Source: Ktedonobacteraceae bacterium
GTDB taxonomy: Bacteria > Chloroflexota > Ktedonobacteria > Ktedonobacterales > Ktedonobacteraceae
Direction of reading: 5' to 3'
Length of the DNA: 32,045 nucleotides
Assembly: GCA_035764225.1 (NCBI GenBank)
Contig: DASTZT010000561.1
Location: 1 to 32,045 of the forward strand
Program-made: the position numbers and the translations under genes
In this document: piece by piece, positions 1 to 6,629 of the stretch
How the letters are laid out: each line of letters starts with the position of its first letter
Position numbering within the stretch: the first letter of the stretch is position 1
Notes under the pieces: generated by a model
Seen by the model: only the letters and a program-made list of their open reading frames with translations
Databases searched by the model: none
What the model was told of the DNA's origin: nothing

Positions 1-654
1 CTGACCGACGCCAAAGGCATGACCCTCTACTATTACATGCCGGATACAACAACAACACAAAATTGCACAGGCCAATGTCTTGTCAACTGGCCAGCCGCGT
101 TGTCCACTGGCACAGGTCAGCCCACTGCCAGCGCGCAGTTACCCGGTACGCTTGCTACATTGCAGGTTTCCGGCGGTAATCAGATCACCTACAACGGCCA
201 TCTGCTGTATACCTTCATTGGTGACAAGGCTCCTGGCGATGCCACTGGTAACGGTAAAGGTGGCATTTGGTTCGTGGCTACGCCCGATCTGTCGGCTGCG
301 GTCCTTAAAACTGCCCAGGCAACCGTTGCTGGCAAGACCGCGACGATCCTGACCGACGAAAAAGGTATGACTCTCTACTATTTCACACCGGATACTGCTA
401 CGACATCAGCCTGTACAGCTGGTTGTGCTTCAGTGTGGCCTCCCCTGCTGTCCACTGGAACGGGTCAGCCCACTCCTGAGGGACTGTCCAAAGGGACGTT
501 AGCTGTATTGCAGGATGCCAATGGAAGTCAGGTAACTTTCAATGGGCATTTACTCTACACTTACGCCAAAGATACAGCCCCTGGTCAGACCACTGGTCAA
601 GGCGTAGGTGGGAAATGGTTCGTGGCGACAACAGATTTAGCCGTCATGAAATAG
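1..654 (+). CDS. 5'-truncated secreted/lipoprotein-like protein made of tandem 'secreted repeat of unknown function' modules (COG4315 / PF03640-like)
   Basis: Frame 1 is open from base 1 (LTDAKGMTLYYY...), so the start lies upstream of the window. Stop is TAG at 652-654. There are two ~105-aa tandem copies with the pattern LTD.KGMTLYY..PD...C.G.C...WP...TGTGQP...NGHLLYT...D.APG...G.G.GG.WFVAT.DL, which I recall as the signature of that repeat family. Confidence 0.75.
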   Translation: MTDAKGMTLYYYMPDTTTTQNCTGQCLVNWPAALSTGTGQPTASAQLPGTLATLQVSGGNQITYNGHLLYTFIGDKAPGDATGNGKGGIWFVATPDLSAAVLKTAQATVAGKTATILTDEKGMTLYYFTPDTATTSACTAGCASVWPPLLSTGTGQPTPEGLSKGTLAVLQDANGSQVTFNGHLLYTYAKDTAPGQTTGQGVGGKWFVATTDLAVMK

Positions 655-679
655 CTCTTCTCCCTCCTCACTTTATCGC

Positions 680-714
680 GGGTCTGGTATCTAACACATA
701 CCAGACTCGTTTTG
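680..714 (+). terminator. Putative rho-independent terminator after the repeat-protein gene
   Basis: Stem GTCTGGTAT (682-690) pairs with ATACCAGAC (698-706), with a 7-nt loop, followed by GTTTT. It lies 26 nt after the stop codon. Confidence 0.4.
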
Positions 715-808
715 CATGTCCACGCCTATAGACATCCGATGAACTATCAACTACTATAAAAGGGAAGAATTTGAAGCTGTGCTATAGACCAGAATAAGGA
801 AAAATACC

Positions 809-1825
809 ATGCTGCATATCGACGCCAAACCTGTTGACCTCAAACTCAGTACGCCTTTTCGCATTTCAAGGGGCGTACAATATACCTCCTCTAATGTGAT
901 TGTTCAGCTCAATTATGGCGATATTACGGGCTATGGCGAAGCTTCTCCAACCGAATACTATGGGGAAAGCCCGGAGACGGCTCTGGCCTGTATTGCACTG
1001 TTCGCGGGCAACCTGGGCGATGATCCCTTCTTGATCGAAGATATTTTGCAAAAGCTGGATAAAATTATCGGCCTCAATCCCTCCGTCAAGGCGGCTGTGG
1101 ATATGGCGCTGTATGATATCGTGGGCAAAGTGCTGGGCGTGCCTGTCTATAAGATGCTGGGCCTCAACCCGGAGCGGACTACAGCTACTTCCTTCACCAT
1201 CGGCATTGATGCGCCTGGGGAGATGGCGAAAAAGGCGTTGGCAGCGAAAGAGTATCCCATTCTGAAGATCAAACTTGGCACCAGGCACGATCTTGAGATC
1301 GTCAAAGCCATTCGCGAGGTCTCAACGGCGACGCTGCGTGTGGATGCCAACTCGGCCTGGACGCCTAAAGAGGCCATTCACAAGATCAATGCTCTGGCTC
1401 CTTACAATATAGAGTTTGTGGAACAGCCCGTGCCTGCCCACGACCTCGCCGGGCTCAAGTTGGTACGCGATAATGTGTCGCTTCCCATCATCTCCGACGA
1501 AAGCTCCGTCACCGTAGATGATATCCCTCGGCTGGTCGGGCACGTTGATGGCATCAATATCAAGTATATGAAATGCGGAGGCATCAACCGCGCCTTGAAA
1601 ATGATCCATGTGGCGCGCGCTCATAACTTGCGAGTCATGCTTGGCTGCATGATAGAAAGCTCCATCGCCATCACCGCCGCAGCCCACCTGACCCCACTGG
1701 TGGATTACGCCGACCTCGACGGCAATCTGCTGATCGATAACGATCCCTATCTGGGTGTGATCGTCAAAAATGGCAAACTGATCCTGCCCGATACGCCCGG
1801 TTTGGGGGTAAAGCCGCGCACATAA
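809..1825 (+). CDS. Enolase-superfamily dipeptide epimerase (L-Ala-D/L-Glu epimerase / N-acetyl-D-Glu racemase DgcA-like)
   Basis: 338-aa ORF with AAGGA upstream of the ATG. Motifs readable in the translation: KxK (LKIKLG), metal-ligand motifs RVDAN / FVEQP / ISDES, second catalytic Lys (IKYMKCGG), and C-terminal DLDG. Confidence 0.85.
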   Translation: MLHIDAKPVDLKLSTPFRISRGVQYTSSNVIVQLNYGDITGYGEASPTEYYGESPETALACIALFAGNLGDDPFLIEDILQKLDKIIGLNPSVKAAVDMALYDIVGKVLGVPVYKMLGLNPERTTATSFTIGIDAPGEMAKKALAAKEYPILKIKLGTRHDLEIVKAIREVSTATLRVDANSAWTPKEAIHKINALAPYNIEFVEQPVPAHDLAGLKLVRDNVSLPIISDESSVTVDDIPRLVGHVDGINIKYMKCGGINRALKMIHVARAHNLRVMLGCMIESSIAITAAAHLTPLVDYADLDGNLLIDNDPYLGVIVKNGKLILPDTPGLGVKPRT

Positions 1826-1865
1826 ATATAGAAGCGCCACTTCAAAGTATAGATAAAATTTTCTT

Positions 1866-1898
1866 GAAGCTCTTCTTGTGTTACTGGAAGAGCTTTTA
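1866..1898 (+). terminator. Putative terminator after the epimerase gene
   Basis: AAGCTCTTC (1867-1875) pairs with GAAGAGCTT (1887-1895), followed by a short T-run in an AT-rich context. Confidence 0.4.
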
Positions 1899-1986
1899 TG
1901 CGTTTTATATGATACAAGACATTTAATAAATTTCAGTAATCATATATTCAAAATACCTGTTTATCTAGAAAAGGAAATATTTGCAT

Positions 1987-2268
1987 ATGAAGTCTGAAAA
2001 CGTTGCATCATTTGGGGAACTGCTCAAAGTTTTTCGCAAGCAGAAGCATATTGGACAACAGCAGGTGGCGGAGCGACTGGCGGTTCATCGCAATACGGTT
2101 GGAGCCTGGGAGCGAGGGGATCGCCTTCCCGATACGCGAGGCATGGTGCTGGAGTTAGCCAGATGCTTGCAACTGGATCAGCAGGAAACAGCACGCCTGC
2201 TGGAAGTGGAGATTGGTAGGGATGCGTTAATAGTTGCTTATCGAGTATGGGAATTGCAGGCTGGGTAA
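1987..2268 (+). CDS. Small XRE/Cro-C1-type helix-turn-helix protein (93 aa); may be an orphaned N-terminal module
   Basis: ATG at 1987 (the ORF track begins at TTG 1981), with AAGGA about 11 nt upstream. HTH core is QQQVAERLAVHRNTVGAWERGDRLP. The ORF ends shortly after the HTH, with no recognisable second domain. Confidence 0.7.
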   Translation: MKSENVASFGELLKVFRKQKHIGQQQVAERLAVHRNTVGAWERGDRLPDTRGMVLELARCLQLDQQETARLLEVEIGRDALIVAYRVWELQAG

Positions 2269-2402
2269 TTACTGCTGTAGGTGTTGCTTGTGCAATCGCT
2301 TGTCTTGGGACAGCAGGTCTCGGTTGTGTCATTTGTATTGCTAGCGCAGCGGGCCTAACAGGTGGTGTGGCTGGGTTTTGTGTCGCAGAATGCTCTAATT
2401 GA
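2247..2402 (+). CDS. Candidate 51-aa Gly/Ala/Cys-rich hydrophobic peptide (below the 60-aa cutoff, so absent from the ORF track)
   Basis: Hand translation from ATG 2247 to TGA 2400-2402 gives MGIAGWVITAVGVACAIACLGTAGLGCVICIASAAGLTGGVAGFCVAECSN. The six Cys form three pairs: CxxxC, CxxC, CxxxC. The frame is open from 2220. It overlaps the 3' end of the HTH ORF by 22 nt in another frame. I see no strong SD, so expression is unproven. Confidence 0.4.
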   Translation: MGIAGWVITAVGVACAIACLGTAGLGCVICIASAAGLTGGVAGFCVAECSN

Positions 2403-2579
2403 GATCAAGGATGCGTCACAAGCCATAAGTACAGAGAAACGAACTGTTCATAAAAGTTCAACAGCTATGCGCCGAACCTAGATTCTAAAAAATAGGGTTA
2501 AAGGGGAATGGTTGGCAATTCCTAATTTTCAAGTAGGAAGGTCGCTGGCCAGTCCCTGCCAAAGAAAGGAGAACATTCT

Positions 2580-2840
2580 ATGAGCATAAGCTTTAAACAA
2601 CGATTATTAGTCACACTGCTCCTGATGTTTGTCTTTGCCATCATGAGTTCCACGATGCTCAAGCCTTATGCTGCCGTTTGTTATGCTATTGCAATCATTG
2701 CTGTGATAGGCGCTCTCATTCTTGCTTTCAATACCTTTCCCCTGCAGCAACGCAAACTTATGTTCATTCTTGTTCCCGTCATCATAGTAGTATGCGGCGT
2801 GGGGGCGTTTGTCCTTCTGAACTCGCTACATGCAAAATAA
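2580..2840 (+). CDS. Small integral membrane protein (86 aa, about 3 TM helices), unknown function
   Basis: Strong RBS (AAAGGAG 7-8 nt before the ATG). Three hydrophobic segments: LLVTLLLMFVFAIM, AAVCYAIAIIAVIGALILAF and LMFILVPVIIVVCGVGAFVLL. Confidence 0.65.
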   Translation: MSISFKQRLLVTLLLMFVFAIMSSTMLKPYAAVCYAIAIIAVIGALILAFNTFPLQQRKLMFILVPVIIVVCGVGAFVLLNSLHAK

Positions 2841-2859
2841 AGCGAAGGATAATCCCATT

Positions 2860-3909
2860 TTAAGCAAAGTGCTCAACAATTGCATCCAGCAGTTTGCCAG
2901 CGCCGAAGCGGAAGACATCGGTGGCGGGCAGGCCGGTTTCGTCTTCGGCTTGCTTGATGGCGTCAAGGGCCTGTTGCTCCGTCATGCCGGGGGTCATGAG
3001 CGAGAGGCCGAGAACTTTGCTGCTACGGTCGGGACGCAGCCAGCTCACAGCCTCTTCGTTGATCTGGATGACGCGGGTGAGCGAGGGCAGGGGACAGTTA
3101 CTGTAGCCGTCGATGGTGGTCGCTCCTGCTTTGTGGCTGAGGATCATGGCGTCAGGCATGGAGCCGTGAATGAGGCCGAGGGTCACTGGCGAATAGCCGG
3201 GGTGATTTAAGGCTCCTTGCCCTTCGACAAAAACCCAGTCATAGTGCTCCGCGAGATCAAGCACCATCTCTTCGACCATGCCCGCGACAAAGTCGCTAAT
3301 GATGCGGTCTACGGGTAAGCCGGAACCAGCGATCATAATGCCTGTCTGGCCTGTGGCGGCGAAGACGCTTTTAAGTCCTCGTTGCTGCGCCTCCTGGTTG
3401 ATTTCTAGCATTGTGGTCATTTTGCCGATAGCGCAATCGGAACCGACTGCCAGAATGGTATGACTGCCAGGACGGTGAGGGATGTATCTGGCGACGAGTT
3501 TTTTGTCGGGTGGACGGCGCACATCCCAGATGGTGACGCCGCGCTGTTCAGCAGCCTCGCGCAGCTCTGCATCGTCGGAAATAAAGAAGTGCAGGCCGCT
3601 GATGATGTCAAGACCGGCTTCAATGGCTGCTAGCAGTTGCCAGCGCCAGGATTGGGGAAGCTCGCCGCCAACGGGGGCAATGCCGATCATCAGTGCGTCT
3701 GGCTGATAGGTGAAGGCCGCGTGAATGTCGTTCACAATAGGGATACCGGCACCGACGGGAGCTTCAAGCGCCTGCGCAACGTTCTTGCCTGCACGCGTGC
3801 TGTCGATGACCGCAACGACCTGGTCCTTGCCGTAGCGGATGACGCCCGTTGCTGTTTTGGCGCTACGCCATGTGAATGCACCCTCTGCCAGTATCGCTAT
3901 TTTTCGCAT
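2860..3909 (-). CDS. DUF1611-family protein (N-acetyltransferase DgcN-like)
   Basis: 349-aa ORF with ATG at 3909. The N-terminus MRKIAILAEG...SAKTATGVIRYGKDQVVAVIDS and the overall length match my recollection of the DUF1611 family, which is typically a neighbour of dipeptide-epimerase genes. Confidence 0.75.
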   Translation of the reverse strand: MRKIAILAEGAFTWRSAKTATGVIRYGKDQVVAVIDSTRAGKNVAQALEAPVGAGIPIVNDIHAAFTYQPDALMIGIAPVGGELPQSWRWQLLAAIEAGLDIISGLHFFISDDAELREAAEQRGVTIWDVRRPPDKKLVARYIPHRPGSHTILAVGSDCAIGKMTTMLEINQEAQQRGLKSVFAATGQTGIMIAGSGLPVDRIISDFVAGMVEEMVLDLAEHYDWVFVEGQGALNHPGYSPVTLGLIHGSMPDAMILSHKAGATTIDGYSNCPLPSLTRVIQINEEAVSWLRPDRSSKVLGLSLMTPGMTEQQALDAIKQAEDETGLPATDVFRFGAGKLLDAIVEHFA

Positions 3910-4131
3910 CCGAACGCTCCCTCGTGAAATAGATGGTCATGTTTGATGTTGTTCTTCCATTATACAACGCCAAAGCAGCGTCTATTGTTTTATTTCAAAC
4001 TGTGTTTTTCTTTACCATCTGTGGTGACTTATTTCCTATCTGCAAGCTTACGCGTCAGACAAGCCTTATACAATGGGGATAAGTCCCGTGACGACGGTTT
4101 TCAAAATGCTTTGGAAAGGAGCAGCTTTTAT

Positions 4132-4272
4132 ATGGCTACACGTTTTGTTATTTCGACGACATTACTGGTGCTGCTGGCCCTGGTAGTGGCTGCTGTAGTG
4201 TTTTATATGCTAGGGGGGCATATTGCTATCTCGGCCCCAACTTCCCCCATTCCCGCACGACCTCACTGGTAA
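4132..4272 (+). CDS. Small single-pass membrane protein (46 aa), hypothetical
   Basis: Internal ATG at 4132 is preceded by AAAGGAG. It encodes MATRFVISTTLLVLLALVVAAVVFYML.... The longer track ORF from 3943 has no RBS and an implausible N-terminus. Confidence 0.45.
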   Translation: MATRFVISTTLLVLLALVVAAVVFYMLGGHIAISAPTSPIPARPHW

Positions 4273-4310
4273 ACCATCTGAAGAGCAAGTTGTTTCTTAT
4301 GCTTGCATGG

Positions 4311-4337
4311 TAGAGGATAGAGACGCTCTATCCTCTA
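4311..4337. other. Perfect 12-bp inverted repeat / stem-loop with a 3-nt loop
   Basis: TAGAGGATAGAG (4311-4322), loop ACG, CTCTATCCTCTA (4326-4337). No U-tract follows. It lies between the 46-aa gene and the 4413 gene. Confidence 0.5.
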
Positions 4338-4412
4338 GACTCCGCAGGCTATCCATGCTATGATAATCGACAGTCGTACAGTGTGGATACGCGAAAAAGG
4401 GAGTAGATACTC

Positions 4413-4874
4413 ATGCACATTGACTTATATCACTGGTTGTTTGATGATCCTCAGACGGCTTCGAGTCCTTCGGGTGGCCCGGAGGTGTTTCATTTCCTCT
4501 GGCCCTGGCTCATTTTCTGCTGCGTCGGCCTTTTGATCGTCTTCTATTACACCTTCGAGGGCCGTAAGCGTTTTGTGAAGAGCCGTCATCTGGTGAAGTA
4601 TATGCTGGATCGTTATCTTGGCTGGCTGGCGATTATCTGCTTTATCGGCCTGCCAATAATCTTTGCGCGTGTCTTCCTGGATGGGTATTTCTTCGCCTGG
4701 CGTTTCTGGCGCTATCTCTGGCTGCTCAGCCTGCTCGCCTGGGCGATTGTGTGGATTGTGTACTTGGTCAAAAAATATCCTGAGGAGCGGGCGAATTATC
4801 TGGCCTATAAGAATCGCCAGCAATATATTCCGAAGAGCAGCAACAAACGTAGGGCTAAAGCAGCCTCCAGGTAA
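4413..4874 (+). CDS. Hypothetical integral membrane protein (153 aa, about 4 TM, basic C-tail)
   Basis: GGGAG RBS before the ATG. Trp/Leu-rich hydrophobic segments. No family recognised. Confidence 0.6.
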   Translation: MHIDLYHWLFDDPQTASSPSGGPEVFHFLWPWLIFCCVGLLIVFYYTFEGRKRFVKSRHLVKYMLDRYLGWLAIICFIGLPIIFARVFLDGYFFAWRFWRYLWLLSLLAWAIVWIVYLVKKYPEERANYLAYKNRQQYIPKSSNKRRAKAASR

Positions 4875-4893
4875 CTGTCAGGTTGGGGAGCCG

Positions 4894-5511
4894 GTGTTGA
4901 CTGTTGCGGGCATTATTCTAGCGGGAGGTCAGAGCAGGCGTATGGGCAAGGAAAAGGCCCTCCTGCCTCTCCCTGGCAATGAACAGATCACCTTTGTAGA
5001 GCATCTGGTGACGCTGCTCAATGCGTTTTGTAGCGAAGTTGTGCTTGTTGCTCGCGATGCTGCGCAAGCAGGAGAGTTGGCGGGTTCTGACAGGCGCATT
5101 GTGCTTGACGAAGTGCCTGGCGTCGGGCCGCTGATGGGCCTGTGGAGCGGCTTAAGAGCGATGAATGCATCGCACGCGCTGGTGACGGCGGTGGATATGC
5201 CTTTTGTGCAACCGGCTGTCGTATCCTGCCTGCTCGCTCATGCACCGGACGATGCCTTGCTTGTGCCGATGGTTCAGGGGGTGGCGCAAGTCTTGCTGGC
5301 TGTGTATCCGCGTACGATCATTCCGGTAATTGAGGAGCGTTTGCGCGAGGGAAGGCGCGACCCGCGTTCGTTGCTGACAGTGGCCAAAGTGCGTTACATA
5401 GAAGAGGCGCAACTACGTGAGTATGATCCACAGTTGCGCTCGTTTGTGAATGTGAACACGCCGCAAGAACTGGCTCATTATGCTAGTGGCGCAGAAGATC
5501 AGCCCGTTTAG
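4894..5511 (+). CDS. mobA: Molybdenum cofactor guanylyltransferase MobA
   Basis: GTG 4894 (or TTG 4897) sits just after GGGGAG. The N-terminal motif GIILAGGQSRRMG-KEKALLPL is the MobA-type nucleotide-binding signature. The long 282-aa track ORF from 4663 overlaps the upstream gene and is rejected. Confidence 0.8.
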   Translation: MLTVAGIILAGGQSRRMGKEKALLPLPGNEQITFVEHLVTLLNAFCSEVVLVARDAAQAGELAGSDRRIVLDEVPGVGPLMGLWSGLRAMNASHALVTAVDMPFVQPAVVSCLLAHAPDDALLVPMVQGVAQVLLAVYPRTIIPVIEERLREGRRDPRSLLTVAKVRYIEEAQLREYDPQLRSFVNVNTPQELAHYASGAEDQPV

Positions 5512-6629
5512 CGTTGCTGGTTGCGCCGTGCCATCTCCTTCAGCTCGTTCTCGAAGCCGCGCAATGTGAGCCATTCGCGGGTTGCGCCCGTGACGACGAT
5601 ATCGGTGTCGCACAGAGCCGCAATGTTGGCGGCTCCGCTCAATTGCATGGCTACTTTCATCTCCGCCACAATGGTTTCCAGCAGTTCGCATACTTTTTCG
5701 TAGCTTTCGCTGGCAGCTTTGAGGAATGGGAAGCCTATGCCGACTAACGTTGCTCCCAGAGCGAGAGCGCGGGCTGCGTCTAAGCCGTTGCGTATGCCGC
5801 CGGTCGCGATCAGGGGGAGCTTAGCGACGTTCGCCTCGACCAGGGCGATAGGGGTGGGAATGCCCCAATCGTGGTAGAGCAAGCCCAGATTCATCGTCTG
5901 TTCGTCACCGCGTGCTTGCGAGCGAGCTGCTTCCATCATCGGCATGCTGCTCCCGCCTGCTCCGCCTACATCAATCGCAGCAACATGGCAGGATCGCAAT
6001 AAAAGTGCCTGTTCGCGACTCACACCCGCTCCCGTTTCTTTGGTAATCACCGGAACGCCGATTTGAGCGGTCAAGGCTTTAAGCGCCGCAGCCTCTCCCA
6101 CTGCGCGGCGATCTCCCTCTGCTTGCGTGGCCTCTTGCAGGCTGTTCATATGAATCGCGAGGGCGTTGGCGGCGATCATCTCGATAGCGCGTTGGATCTG
6201 GTCTAAGGTGAAAGCGGCGTGGCGTGCTTGAGCGATCAATTGGGGTGCGCCGATGTTCGCAATCAGGAAAGCGTTGGGAGCATATTCTCGCGTCACGGCA
6301 TAGCTATGGGCGAGATCGGGATTGACTATCGCGGCTCGCTGACTGCCGACGCCTAGCGCCAACCCGTACTGTTCTGCCGCGCGTGCCAGGTTCCGATTGA
6401 TATGCGTAACGTCGGGGTGTCCTCCGGTCAGCGATGAAATAAAGATGGGGTAGTGTAACTGGCGGCCCAGGAAGGTGACGGAGGTATCAATCTGGTCCAG
6501 GTCTACCTCTGGTAGCGCCTGGTGAACGAAAGAAATATCGCTCCAGTTGGCGCGTTGTGGAGCGGATACATTCTGTCCCAGGGCGACGCTAACATGTTCA
6601 ATCTTGCGCTGTTTCACTTCCTCGCTCAT
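5508..6629 (-). CDS. fni: Type 2 (FMN-dependent) isopentenyl-diphosphate delta-isomerase
   Basis: 373 aa with motifs FISSLTGG, ITKETGAG and ATGGIRNGLDAARALALGA, typical of IDI-2. Its stop overlaps the mobA stop (convergent TTAG). Confidence 0.9.
   Translation of the reverse strand: MSEEVKQRKIEHVSVALGQNVSAPQRANWSDISFVHQALPEVDLDQIDTSVTFLGRQLHYPIFISSLTGGHPDVTHINRNLARAAEQYGLALGVGSQRAAIVNPDLAHSYAVTREYAPNAFLIANIGAPQLIAQARHAAFTLDQIQRAIEMIAANALAIHMNSLQEATQAEGDRRAVGEAAALKALTAQIGVPVITKETGAGVSREQALLLRSCHVAAIDVGGAGGSSMPMMEAARSQARGDEQTMNLGLLYHDWGIPTPIALVEANVAKLPLIATGGIRNGLDAARALALGATLVGIGFPFLKAASESYEKVCELLETIVAEMKVAMQLSGAANIAALCDTDIVVTGATREWLTLRGFENELKEMARRNQQR

Noticed and set aside
4663-4893. Long N-terminal extensions suggested by the ORF track: mobA from 4663, kinase from 9953, DUF1385 from 14312, small TM protein from 3943, sigma factor from 26104.
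   Set aside because: The extensions overlap upstream genes or promoter-like sequence and lack an RBS. Internal starts with good SD sequences coincide with the conserved family N-termini.
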